Part shown: positions 24,901 to 38,103 of the stretch, piece by piece | How the letters are laid out: every line of letters begins with the position of its first letter | How positions within the stretch are numbered: position 1 is the first letter of the stretch | From: Marsupella aquatica | Taxonomy: Eukaryota; Plantae; Marchantiophyta | DNA: 64,000 nt | Direction of reading: 5' to 3' | NCBI GenBank assembly: GCA_973895155.1 | Contig: OZ316897.1 | Span: forward strand, 15,065,375 to 15,129,374 | Program-made: the position numbers and the translations under genes | The notes under the pieces: generated by a model | What the model was told of the DNA's origin: nothing | Seen by the model: only the letters and a program-made list of their open reading frames with translations | The model's database searches: none

Positions 24901-27810
24901 ACAGTAAGGAGAGATTGAAGAGTAACGTGGGTGTTGTGGTAACAACCTACAATATGGTTGCATTTGGAGGCAAGCGGTCAGAGGAATCCCAGAAAATTAT
25001 TGATGAGATTCAGAACCGGGAGTGGGGATTACTTCTGATGGACGAGGTAAATTCAATGCGCTTCAGAAGAAATCAGTTTGTTGAGGGAAAGCTATGTGTC
25101 TGTTGATGTGGACATCCTTTCTGGTTTTATCATACCGTCGACCTCGACTATTTTGGACTGTTAGTGCACTTTTCGGAAGGTTCCTAAATTGCCTCCCGCC
25201 GAAAGTTCATGCCAAGAAACAGAGGCCAACCAATGACCTACCAATGTAGAGAGTCAAGTGACCACACAGGTCACAGAAATACAGCAGAGACAATATCAGT
25301 TACTACAACATATGTGCCTAATACAGATTTGCTGTATCGACAGGTCCATGTTGTTCCAGCGCATATGTTTCGGAAGGTGATTAGTATCACGAAGTCTCAC
25401 TGCAAACTTGGGCTTACCGGTAAAGCTGTTCAGTCTCTTGCGAGCTTTGCTCAAATCTTTCGAAATATCCAGTTTTGTGATGCGACATCTGCTTTGCTAG
25501 TTTTGGCTTAGGCGTTCATTTGAGGTTCCTTATTTGACTTGGTTCATCAAGTCTTGGGTTGGTCCTTACCCACGAAATTTATGTATCTCTTACAGCTACC
25601 CTGGTTCGAGAAGATGACCGAATTAGTGACCTCAACTTTCTCATTGGCCCAAAGTTGTACGAGGCCAATTGGTTGGATTTGGTGAAAGGGGGTTTCATCG
25701 CCAATGTACAATGTGCAGAAGTGTGGTGTCCGATGACAAAGGAATTTTATGCAGAGTACTTGAAGAAGGAAAATTCTAGGAAGAGACAGGTGTGACAGTA
25801 AGAAACTTCTGTATGTCGTTAGAGAGAAAGAGCAGACGTTTTGCAATGAGGAAAGTATGTTGGCAGATAGATAAAAAAGCTTTCATTCAAGACATCTGTT
25901 GTCTGGTCTGGTAGTAGTCTTGCAATATACGGCGGCATTGCCTTTTCTGGGTCTAATTTGGTGGTGTTGTGAATAGGGCTTATATGTCATGAATCCAAAC
26001 AAGTTTCGAGCTTGCGAGTTTCTGATTCGATTCCACGAGCAACAGCGCGGCGACAAGATCATTGTTTTCTCAGATAATCTCTTTGCTTTGAGGGAGTATG
26101 CCAAGAAGCTAAAGCGGCCATATATTGACGGTCCTACCAGGTAGGCTGACCATTTTGCTAATCGGTAACGAGCTTTTCAACACCGTCTGCTCTTGAATTA
26201 TCATCTCCTTGAGCACTATGGATGATAGAATCAAAGCTCCATTTCTCTTGCAGTATTGGAAATTAGCAATAAGACACTGAAAGTATCTTCTCATTTTGCA
26301 GCCATCATGAAAGGACTAGTGTTCTCCACGCTTTCAAACACAGCACTGAGTTGAATACAGTATTTCTGTCTAAGGTATGCTCAAAAATTACTTTGGTCCG
26401 GCTAAGCATGCTGCCCATCTGTACGTGTTTCAAACGTGGTCAATAGTCATGTCTTATTGAATGGATCCCTCTCATTCACAGGTAGGAGATAACTCGATTG
26501 ACATACCAGAAGCAAACGTTCTTATTCAAATATCTTCACATGCTGGTTCACGCCGACAAGAGGCGCAGCGACTGGGTCGTATTCTTCGTGCCAAGGTTGG
26601 TAAAGATTGACTGGCATTAAGTGTGGTACTTTCTCGTTGTCACTCGTCACTCTGTTCGAATCACCTGGGTTGAAATAATAGTTGTGAATTGTATTTGAAA
26701 TGTGGTTTTGGCTTCTGATCCACAGGGCAAGCTTAAGGACCGTATGGCTGGAGGAGCAGAAGAATTCAATGCCTTCTTTTACACTCTGGTTTCTACTGAC
26801 ACACAAGTGAGACAGCGTCGTCGATGTTCCACGTTGTTGTCTAATACTTATCAAATATCCACAGTTGAAACAGGAGTGTTTCATTAAATTAGGAATTAAC
26901 ATCTAGTCCCATTTGTGCACGACTCTTTTCTAACACGGAACTCGCATATTTCCAGGAAATGTACTATTCTTCGAAACGGCAACAATTTTTGATTGATCAA
27001 GGGTACAGCTTCAAGGTGATGGCATTTTAATGATGACTGGAGAAAAAGTAGTCATTCTCTACCGTGATTTGATCTTCTAATTTATTAGTCTTGAATATTA
27101 TTGATCATACAGGTGATCACAGGCTTGCCTCCATCAGATTCAGGTGCAGAGTTGAGCTACTACAAGCTTGGAGATCAGCTTGACCTGCTGACAAAGGTAT
27201 AGGACCACTGCAAGTATTTTCAGCAAGTATTCCATTTTACTATTCCAAATAGTTTGCAGAAGTATGTCAATGGATGCAGTTCGCGTGGCAAAAATAAGCC
27301 GACATTTCACATGTTGAGTCTTTGATGGCAGGTTTTAAATGCAGGAGATGAGGCAGCGGGAGTAGAGCAGCTGGAGGAGGATGTTGATGACATTACTCAG
27401 TGGCGGACTAGGCGCACCACCGGCTCGCTCGGTCGCTATTCTGGAGCTGATGGCATGATGTATATGGAATACAGGTTAGAAAGACTGCTTCGTATCGTGA
27501 TAGTACATGATGCATCAAGTGTTGAAGACTTGTTAGAGTAAATGTTCTGTGTCTTTTGATTACTCAAGCTAAGAGAGGCTGTGGTGTCATATCATGTGTA
27601 TAATTTGTTGACGAATGGAGGCTAACAGACTTGTATCACAGTAATCTTGGAGGTTACTATTAAGTGCTGGAAGTGATCAGACTACGGTAACGAGACTAAT
27701 TGCGTTTGTGTTGAACCTGTCACAGTACTGGACGGGGTCGTGGGCAAAAACCCAAAGCTCGGGATCCCAATAAGCCAAGGAATGCTCTGTTCAAGAAACG
27801 GTTCAACTGA
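21932..27810 (+). CDS. XPB: TFIIH DNA repair/transcription helicase XPB (ERCC3/SSL2 orthologue), ~20 coding exons
   Basis: GT-AG spliced exons starting at about 21932 (MKSG), 22339, 22516, 22770, 23314, 23671, 23855, 24177, 24453, 24709, 25344, 25596, 25977, 26302, 26482, 26726, 26957, 27113, 27332 and 27726. Peptides [37 protein letters not shown], Walker [50 protein letters not shown] and [21 protein letters not shown] closely match plant XPB. Ends [12 protein letters not shown] at 27810. The start exon is inferred from phase and the gtaag donor. Confidence 0.96.
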
Positions 27811-29008
27811 GGAGGTGTTTACATGTCCTTGCCCGAGTGCTTGGAAATGTGTACTCTGAAACGTCTGCAAGTATGTCCTCGGCGTGAAATTGGACTGCTT
27901 CACTTGTGTCCATCCATCTCTATGGATACAGTAAATACATGGGAACATCATTGTCCTGAGCGTGAATGTGGCGGACGCTGATTCATTCCATGACTTGAGA
28001 CACTTGGAAGGCGTGGTGTTGCAAGCAGCTTTCAATATTAGAACCAGCAAACATGGTTCAAAAGTTGATGAGGCCAACCAGTTCGGCAGAGAGTTTAGTA
28101 CCTGTAGGTCCTTGTATGCACAAGGACTTCAATCGACTAAAATCCTCCACACCCAACAGTGCGTCGGAATTTCTCACTGCAATCAAATTCCTGCTGGACG
28201 CAAAAGTTATCTAACACAACAATGGAAAGTTGTACACTACTATTCATTTATGGAGAGGGATCAGATGTACAGGCACTAGGGTGAACCTACTGTGATTGAT
28301 GGATCCAGCCATCAGATTCCAACCTCTTTTCCTCCTAACAGAATTTTGTTGTCCCGTTCATAAACAAATTCGAAAGTCAAAAGTAATTAAATCGACCCGA
28401 GCATTGGAAACACTTACTCGCATCCTTATAGCCCCAGAGCACATGTCCACCAGCAAAATTACTCGTGTTACCCGTATGCTTGCACAGCATATTGAACATT
28501 TAATTATGCGAACTATTCACGGCCCAGGGCACAGTTCCAATAGCAAGATTATTGGTGTCGCCTTTATGGGTGTTGCACAACATATTGTACATTTATCTAT
28601 GCAATGCTTAACGGGCTGAAAGCGACCAAATTTGTCTCGAACAGGCCTGTGAATAATCGCAAAATGTAGTCCTGGAACAGAAGGAATTTATTCAAATCCT
28701 ATACATCACTTGCAAACATTCCGTTGTGTACGTACGAACAACATTAGAGAAATTTAACGACTTTGTGCAAACCGCTACACCATCGACTCAACCGGGATCA
28801 TCGGCCGGGAGTTTACAAACGGAACGAATTGAAAATGTGTTTTTTGTAGTGTGAACATTTCATGAAGTGCATAAAGTGTATACCAGAATGTTGGTGAATT
28901 GAAGTAAACCTTTCTATTAACAATTGTACAATGTGGTCTACAAGTCAGTAAGGCTTGCTAGGTCTAGGATATTTCTGAAATTAGTCCGAGTTTGAAGTCG
29001 CCAAAAAC

Positions 29009-31349
29009 TTAATTTCCATGGCTCGGCGGAGATTTGGGGTATCCAGTAACTAGACCAGGATAGGGTGGTGGTGGGAAACTCTGATCGGTAGGGATCGGCA
29101 TCTGATTTTGTGCAGGATGGGGGAATGGACCATATGGATAGGAAAAAGCTTGAGGATTGGCACTGGGCGGACCACCGTAAGAGGATGGGTAGGCAGGGTA
29201 GAGATGATAGCCAGGGTAAGCGTGTCCCATAGCAACCTGCTGCGGCGATACTTGTGCAGTTCTAGCTGCGACCTTGGCAGCCGATGATGCCAAATAAAAT
29301 ATCAGATCCAGGACCACAGTTGCCAGAGCCAAAAGAGACCCTCCAGCAAAAACCAAGGGTTTCACGACATTACATTGCCCTCCAAGCCACATATATTGTT
29401 GTCGTTGATCGTTCAGGCTTGCCCCGGCCATCAAAAGAGCGAAGGCATTGAGAAATGTTATCCTGCAAAAAAGGAGATCAATGTCTGTGAGAAGAAGAAA
29501 AACCACATGCGAAAATTTAGGCTCCGAAGGTAAAACTCCCTAGTTATAGTGAGAGGAAAGCGGACACAGTTGCAAGCCCTAGACTCACAGTTCCTACAAC
29601 CCTTGTTCCATCTGCTTTGCAGATCTGTAGGCACTTAGAAAAACCATAAGATAACAATTGATCGATTTGACATCGAGATGTTGATATGAAAAATCAAATC
29701 CTGGAATCAACTTATGTTGGGACTCTTTGCCGCCACAACACACAAGAAGGGATGTTCAAAATTGCATACACCACAAAAGTGGGTGGCCGTTGCCGACATA
29801 CCAGCACGCCACTAAGCAGATGATAGCAACGGATCTGTTGGAGGCAGCTGCTGAGTTTGGAGGCAAGGGTGGCCCTGATTTACAGCAGATACAGCCGCCA
29901 AATACAGTCACAAGAACTTGTGCAACTAACAAGACCAGCGCCGCAGATACACCCAAGGCAAGGGCTGGACTGCTTGGGTAGACACAGTGACCATCAACCA
30001 TGCGAACCTGAGACGCCTGAAAGGTCACAACATCAAAAAGTCGATTAAGGAACAATGAGGTTAGTTTTCTGGGTACAGCAATTTGTAGTATATGCCCATA
30101 CCAACACTTCGGAACTAATCACGGTACTAAACTATCACAGTGAGGTTCCACAATCGGTCGTACTTCTGAGTCCGATAAGCAGAGTATGACCAACACAGCG
30201 GGAGAGTAACGTCCAGAGAACTAATTAATGTTTCCAGTGAGGGAAGAAACAATCATTTGCATAAAAACAAAGCGTATCACGGACTAGAAGCCTCTCGAGG
30301 AGTTTTCTCAGGAGCGTGCATCAGGCTGCATTGGCATAATGGCTACCAATCTACTGATTGACGATCACCAGAGTTAGGCCACAAAAATCATTTGGGAAGG
30401 ATGCCACAAAACAGAAGTTATGAACTTAAGCTTCAATAGAGAGGGAACAATCCACCAAGGAAACGAACAAGAAAGCTATTAAGGACCACACTTCGCAGAA
30501 CGATGCAAGAGAAGAAAAATGCGATTCACTTCTTGAATGAATTCTACAGAGTCTACTCAAGCTAAGTGGCGAGCAACCCAAGGACGACCTGAGTATCGAT
30601 TAGAAAAGCAGGAGCGCAGGCGAGCACCAACAATCACGAACCCATCGACCGTCCCCCTAACCCGCCTCGATTTCGTCGCTACTTCATGCACTAGGTCGCA
30701 TTAAGTTACAAGGCCCAACTATCGAGGAGTTTGGTCAGCCATATGGTAATTGCGTCAAGAAATCGACAACCATTTTGATCCAACTAGGCCCTCCAATTTT
30801 CTAAATTGCGTGCAAAACGTATGTCAGAAATCTCAACTTCTCACTCGATCGGATGACATCATCATGCGCGGAAGCGACAGCCATTAATCTTCATGCAAAT
30901 CTAAACAGGTCTACTTGTAGTTTATGTACAGTTTCCACATGTTTGCGGCCGGATTCAAAGTAGCTTGTCCGACGTACGCGCTGATCGACTATGGAAGTTC
31001 GTCCTCTCCGTCGAAAGTCGTAAAATAATTGGCAAGGTCGCAGAGCGGAAAAACGAAATTCCAAACAGGTTTGGCAAGGCACAAGAGAGGAAGGGATGAA
31101 TTATAAACATCGTAGATAGGGCAGAAGAGAGAAAGAAAGGAGACCAATAACATAGAATGGCGATCATGACAGCAGCTAGACAGAGATGACTTTACGCAAG
31201 TTTGGCAAAGAAAGAAGGAAGACACAGGGGAAAGAGAAATCCACCTTGATCCTCTTAATCTCTGCAAAGAGTCCCAGCACAGCTGATGTGAACCCCAGGG
31301 TAAGCACTATTCCACAGACCCATTTTTGTTCATTGGTGAGCCTTCCCAT
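29009..31349 (-). CDS. DUF1218 family (MWL/VCC-like) four-TM plant membrane protein with Pro/Tyr-rich C-tail
   Basis: Three in-phase GT-AG exons: 31349-31245 (MGRLTNEQKWVCGIVLTLGFTSAVLGLFAEIKRIK), 30016-29802 (CVYPSSPALALG...GGCICC...AIICLVACW) and 29462-29009 (ITFLNAFALLMAGASLN...CNVVKPLVFAGGSLLAL). CxYPxSPAxxLG, GCxCC and CxxVKxxVFAGxxxL are DUF1218 hallmarks. Confidence 0.92.
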
Positions 31350-33531
31350 TACTCCGTGTTCGCCTCTTCTGCTTGACCCTCAAGCCGTCTTCAGCCGGCG
31401 ACTATCAAATCAACAGCAGAGAGAAACCTGGTATTCCTGAATATTGCGGCTGGAACCCAAATGGCGGCGACCGTCCCTATTTCTCTCGCGGGATCCGAGC
31501 ACACAGCTGGCACTTGTCCTCTCTTCTCTTCCACCATGAATCAACTCAATTAGATGGGCACTCTCCTCATCTAGATTGGGGCCCGAAACAGGTCACAGGG
31601 AACCGACGTCTCAAGGAAAGAAACCACCGTCGTTTCACTACTTCAAATCTTACTTGTTCCCGTGTTGTCACCAAGTTTGTCACTTGCATTCTTGCTACTA
31701 CTTTTAGCCGCAGTAAGGGTTCTTGAGCTCGCCTTACTCGGTCTTCCTGACTGCCTGATCCTCCTCATCACTCAACAATGTCCTCTGCAATCCTGGCTCC
31801 CCGTTATCGTCACTTCAGTGGATTGCTCTTCCTTCCTGCTGGATTCTTACTCAGCTGCCTGCTCCTCCTCCAACCTCTTCCTTAACTAACTGCTCCAGTT
31901 TGCTACTGGTGCTCGTTCCGTCACGTCCGGAAGTCTTAGTCCCCGAGGTCGTTGAGCTAGAAAAAGTAACGAGTAAGAATTAATTCAAGCAGAAGAGAAC
32001 GGCGGAAGATCTCGCAGAAGACAAAATTGCCGAAAAACAAATTGTACGCAGCGAATGAATGAATGGATAGTCCCTAACGTCAGGCTTGTCAACGCGGGAT
32101 GCGACTAACAGAGGAAGGAAGACAGGGAGGGAGGGAATAAGTGGATACGTTCCCGCTGCAAAGCTTCTGGATGGCGGCATCCAACGCAAGGAATGCACGA
32201 CCGTAGGAATGAAGTCACCTTGCCTATGCCTGAATGAGCGCTACAGGCAAGGAAAGACGACGCTATCTAAAGAGAGGACTGGAGGATGAATTCATGAACA
32301 CATTCTACGGTCGAGCTTCTAATGAAGCATCCAACGGGAGGGAGAGCGAGAGAGGAGAGAGAGACGACAAGACGGCGGGAGCGAGAGAAAATGAAATCAT
32401 ACTCGATTTGCAGGCCTCCAATGCTGGCATCCAACCGGCGGAAATAGAGGAACGGAGACTCAACGAGCACTGCAGAAAACGAGATGGGACAGGAGCGGGG
32501 GTGGGAGAGACCGAGTGCCTACACTCTACATTTCAAGCTCAAGCCTCCGTCATGATAGCAGTATCCAATGAAGAGAATGTCGAGGAAAGAAAGGAGGGTT
32601 GGGACGCGACAAGTTGTCACTGTCTGAACTCTCAATGAAGGCATCAAGACAAGAGTAGACAACGAGACTAGACAGTCGTAGACCAGACTATCGTAGAGGC
32701 CAGAGGGGGCACTCTGGCAGGAGGCAGGTGGGTGGTCAGAGTCTCAGTCGTGTGTGACTTGACCCACTGCGCTCTGTAACGACGGAAGCCCAATCGGAGC
32801 AAATGCCACAGAGCTATGAATTTTAAAGCTGTCAACAACGATGAATTGACAGAATGATAACATTCACGCTGACCGAGGAATGAGCGCTGCCTCACTGCCT
32901 GACTGCCTGGATCGCTGGCTGGCAGGATCAAAGCAAAAGCCGACCGGGAACTTGGACTGGCGGTACTTCCGAAGACTGTTCACTACTCATCACCCAGGAA
33001 TGAGTGCAGGCCGACGACAGGCTCGCTCGCTCGCCCCATCGCTGGCCCATCAAGTGTACAGTACTGTGGGAACTTGGACTGAACTTGGACTGGCGGTCGG
33101 GTACTCGACTTCTATTCTCTCCTCTCTCATCAATGTCGTCTCTCTCAATTCCGTCTGGCGCACCTGCATGGCACCCGGAAAGTCCGTCGCATTCCGCAAG
33201 GGATGCGGATCTGTTCAATTCAAGCAATCAATCAATCCGTCCTTCCATTCCTTCGTCGGGATCCCGTCTGGCGGAGCAGCACCGCACCTGCATGGCACCT
33301 GAAAAGACGGAAAGCTCAATTCACCTCATTCACTCACTCGCAATCAATGCCAACTCGACGGAAGGATTGGGAACAGCCATCAATGCGAAGGTGTACCGCA
33401 GCGGCATTATGATGATTTCCAGTCAGGCACTCCGCTCCGACCGAAGGTGAATCGATCGAATTCGATGGGATCGGTCGATGCACTCCGCCATAGCTCAAGG
33501 TACTCAAAGGTACCCTTCATCTGGTCGCTCA

Positions 33532-34161
33532 AATAAAGGGGATCTCACACCTCAAAATGTGATGGACCTTAATAATTTAGCGTTCCAATAATAAAAGGGG
33601 GTCTCAAACCTCAAAATGTGATGGACCTTAATAATTTAGCGTTCCAATGAAAGGGGCTCTCAAACCTCAAAATGTGATGGACCTTAATTTAGTCATGGAC
33701 AGCCCAACTCATAATACAAAAAATTAGGCATGTCAAAGTTATGGCCAAGGACATAAAATGCTTTTTAAGACTGGGATAAAATTGTGACACCCTACCTACA
33801 TAAGCGCCCCATAAGGATAGTAAGTCCAAAAACTTTCAGCCATAAGACCTTATGGAAGTGTTGTGACTCCCTGATGACTACCAAACTCATACTCAACAGC
33901 ATTTTGGCATATAGTCTGGTCATATGCCATTAATAAAGTCACCGGTGTCAAACCTTAGTTATGGACTAAAAAGGTATGGACTACCAAATTCATAGTCCAT
34001 AACTTTTTGGCATATAGACTAGTCATATGTCATGACCAAAAGTCATGGTTCTCAAACCTCAAAATTTGATAGACCTTAATTTAGGTAAGAACAGAAAAAG
34101 TGATACCTTCTTGGGATATAGATTAGTCATATGCTAACTATAAGTCACTGTAGTGGCTAGT
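33532..34161. repeat. ~57-59 bp tandem array (3 copies) followed by dispersed subrepeats, probably a DNA-transposon subterminal region
   Basis: 'aaagggg..tctca.acctcaaaatgtgatggaccttaat' x3 (33535-33690), recurring at about 34050. 'gactaccaaa.tcata.tc...ttttggcatatag.ct.gtcatatg' x2-3. Confidence 0.7.
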
Positions 34162-37100
34162 GAAAAATAAACAAAAAACACTTTCACGTAACCCTGTGAA
34201 AAAGCTATGGCTGCAACTTTGAACCTTGAGTTTGAGATGCCACAGTAAATCATTCAAAGAAATTCGTGATTAGAACCAAAATAGAACCTCTCAAAAATAG
34301 TCGCCTGGGCAAAAAGTATGAAGGCAGTTTTGAGAAATGGGGAGTAACAGGTCCAAATGTGCCAAAGTTTGGAATATAAAGCCTGGATATAGACCAAGGG
34401 ATTTGCAAAGCTCAGATGGACTTGGCACAAAACCATAACAAGACTTGAGTAATTCTTTCTTCACAAACTTGGGATGAAATTGTTACCTGTAAATGGGAAA
34501 GGACTCCTGACCCATTTGCAGTAGGATTCAATTAGTTAACGCCATAATGGTAAATTGTTGCTCATGGCCAAACTACTCATGGCATTCCTCACAAAAGTGA
34601 AGCATCCTTTTCAAAAGTGATAATTCATCACCCATGCCCAAACTACTAAGGGGCAGCCTTCACATAAGTGATATTGGCCAGTAAAAAGTTTCATTTCATC
34701 AAAGTTATACAAGAGTCAGTGAACCAAAATCTATTTGATAAAAGGTTGAATTGGTATTCTAAAATTTGATCTTGACTAAGTAATCAACGTATAGTATGCG
34801 GGGTTCAACAACACAATGACAAATGGGACACAGGGTTGCATATGAACCCTAGTGCACTTCAAATAGTTTATGGTACAAAATTTGCACAAAACCAAATTTC
34901 GAAAGGGACCATATTAGTATATGCTTAAATAAAGTAACTTTTTCCTATTTAACCAAGTTACCATGCAAATCAAGATAACTTTCACAATGAATAATGGTTA
35001 GCCAAGCAGTGAAGCAGCCAAGCTACCACGCAAATGAAAACAACACTTCCCAATTAATAATCGTTAACAAGCTATCACTTCGGTAGACGAGACCTGACTG
35101 TCCGGCTCGAATAAAGACTACACGTTCATAATTATGACAATACTGCGTGACAATACTGCGTGACACTCTTCAAGTCACACGTGCGTATGAGAAACATCAT
35201 CCGTCGATAAAGGGATCCACGGCCTTAATTTAACAATCCGTTTCACTTACGCTTTCCTCTGTGTCGCTCTGGAAGATGCCTTACTATAATAGCAGTACTT
35301 TAGTAGTACTGTATCGTACGTTGGTAGTATATGAACGTATATTTGTCGCACTGTTATGGTGTCAGCGTATATCCCTGTATGTTGATTTGATGCTATTTAA
35401 TGTCTCAGCCAACTAATTGCCAAACGTGTAATGGTATCTGGTCAACCCTTACAAAATACTGATTATTTTCTTAGCTAAAGATAGGAGAAATTTTATTAGT
35501 TTGTAGGTCCCTACACTCTCCCTTGAACGCAACGCCAGTATAAAACAATTGTGGGCCATAAGAGACTCAATTCAAATAATTCGCCCAGGGTGCTGTCCTC
35601 CAGTTTTGACTATGTGATCATTTCTTGTACCTTCAGGTCTTGTGTTCCAATGTTATTTGATTGGTGGTGACTTTGGGTTTGAATATTGGCTTTGTTATAA
35701 GATTCATGAATTTTTACTGTTTATGTTCATAGTAGAATAGTTTTAAAACTCAAACAGATTGTCCACCTCAAAAGCAACATCAATATTCAAACACCCAAAC
35801 TTGTGTTAAAAGAATGGTGTGTTTGAGTTTAAATTTTGTTTTGTCACGGGATCCAAATTTTCCATTTTCAACACAACACCATGGCGCTGTGTGTGGGGGA
35901 AGACCTTAGAGTTAGAAGTCATTTATTTGAATGGACTGGCAAAAGTTGGAGAGGAGAATGACAAACCCAAAAGCCCCTTCCCAAAGTGGAGGCCAACTGT
36001 ACTTACAACAAAGGAAACGTCAAAGGACCCCAACAACATAAACTGGTTCATGAGTACATTTTGATTTAGTAAGCAAAAATGCTAAGGCTAGTAACTAATG
36101 AATACAAAAGCATTAACAAATTTGGATTCAGCATCTTAATTTACAATAGAAGAATGAAAGGGTCAGTGAAAATTTACTACTAAAGGTATATACTCAAGTA
36201 CCGGGTCACCTAAGTTACCTTTCAAGTGAAAAAATTCAAAAATAAGAATGAATGAAACAATACATGGAATCATAGAAGAGTATTAAATTTAGTTTATTGT
36301 CATCGTGTCTGCTGTTTTACTATCGAGTGTCGTAAACCAAAAAATGATACTTTGAGTACAATCACAAATAATGCACCAGATTTGTTTGTGGTGCTAATAT
36401 GAGATTTTGTAAGCGGGATAAATCATTTTTTTGTTGTATCTAAACAGTTTTCTTTGTGTTTGATGCCAAAAATGGAAGTTGGATCCTTGCATAAACTGCC
36501 AGAAATAAGTTGCCCTCTACAGGGATGCTTTAAACGGAGACGAGTTGATAAGGAAGGGCTACAACATCTCAGGCCTTTTTCTCCCCAAAAATTCACTTCT
36601 TCTGTCACACCCCAATCTAACCAAAGAGTGGCAGCTGTATGGTCACAGATGCGCAATCTGTGGAGCCACCAAAATCAGAAATACCCTCAAAATATGATGA
36701 CAATTGATGGTATAAATGTGTGCATGATCACTTGAATATAAATGAATTAAATCTCGATTGAACTTAATTAGTGAGAGTGACTTTAACACATGTAACATAC
36801 CCTAGTGGTCTGTCCGTCCATGTGGAAGTGTCAGTTTAAACTCCGGCCTGGATCCAACCACTCATCTTATTACCATGACCATCTAAACCCTATGTCCTCA
36901 GCATTGGATTTACCCTATTATTTCCTAGATCATTGCTATCTTCCACAATAAAACTCTAGACACCATATTAGTTTGTCGACCATTACTATTGCTTTTTGGT
37001 TTGGAATGCATACTTTACAACCAGTAAAATGCAATACAGGAAGCAGGCCGGGGGCACTGATCCAGAACAAACACATCACTGATCCAAAACAAACACATGA

Positions 37101-37415
37101 GCTTGAATGCACATTCTTTGAAATATTGATAGCGGGCAATGCTCTGATGGAGGGTCCTGGTGCACATCTCCTGAAAAAATATTGGTATAGTGCACTCCAA
37201 TCAAGCAGGAAAGTATATAGATGCCTCGGAAAACCATACCAATAGCCGGCCTGGCTCTAATGAAGGGTGCTGCTTCAGATGCACATTTCAGGGTGCTGAT
37301 ACCTGAAATGGCCTGCATATTTTTCAAGCCCACCTTTGTTTGGAATATCTTCATTATTTATTTTCTGAAACAACCTGATTACGACTACAGTAGGCATACC
37401 TCAGCGCAGCATTGT

Positions 37416-37590
37416 GAAAAGACAGTTATGAAAGACACGGAAAGGTTGAGAGGCCCTGAAAAGACAGTTATGAAAGCAACGGAAAGATTGAGAGGCCATT
37501 GATGAAGTGTGAAATGTACGGAAAGATTGAGAAGCCATCGATGAAGTGTGAAATGTACGGAAAGATTGTGAAGCCATCGATGAAGTGTCG
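37416..37590. repeat. Two adjacent minisatellites (42 bp x2; 39 bp x2.5)
   Basis: 'gaaaagacagttatgaaag...cggaaag.ttgagaggcc' x2, then 'gatgaagtgtgaaatgtacggaaagattg.gaagccatc' repeats. Confidence 0.85.
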
Positions 37591-37984
37591 GAAAGATGAA
37601 CAACTCAGAAAGAATCGTAAAGATGGACAGTGCACGCGAGACGATCGAGAAAGCGGGCCCCACAAGGAAGAAAGCGACTGCGCAGTTCCATCGAGGCCTA
37701 TTTTTACCGCCTACGTAACAAATCCAGTCCGGCACTCCGATCGATAAGCTACTTTCCGCCGTTCACTGAATAGATCGACGATTCAGATGGAGACAAAATA
37801 CAAACTTCCCGACGCGGTAATTTACCATTCCACCCGCGTGAAAACTTTCTATGCGGTTCTACTTTTACCTTAGGCGAGAGATTAATTTAGAACCGTTCTG
37901 TACGGAATACATCCTCTGTTGAATAATTATACGGTTACATGTCTGACAGTGTCATAGAGGATGCAAGGCGCCAGCAGAGTGATC

Positions 37985-38103
37985 GTACGCAATGTACAAG
38001 TGACAGTGTACATGGTGTACGCAATGACAGTGTAGGGAAGTCCTGTAGGATGTAAAGGATCGGTACAGTACCGTGTGTACCGATACAGGTTACGGCGGCG
38101 TAC
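37985..38103. promoter_or_regulatory. Dense GTAC cluster (candidate SBP/SPL binding or copper-response element array)
   Basis: Eight GTAC cores at 37985, 37994, 38008, 38017, 38063, 38068, 38077 and 38100 within 119 bp. Function is inferred from the known SBP-domain core site only. Confidence 0.4.

Noticed and set aside
31373-33450. Several 100-150 aa ORFs upstream of the DUF1218 gene
   Set aside because: They overlap on both strands, are low-complexity and show no motifs. They are more consistent with a long 5' UTR or promoter.
34140-34165. CACTA right terminus (…tagtg)
   Set aside because: No matching left TIR or target duplication was found, so it is kept only as a generic repeat region.
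35440-37450. piggyBac transposase relic (LHFTGCKVCIPNQK...KLIWCL; HFHMDG)
   Set aside because: The similarity is faint and there is no TTAA target duplication or convincing TIR. The region is probably TE-derived but unclassifiable by eye.
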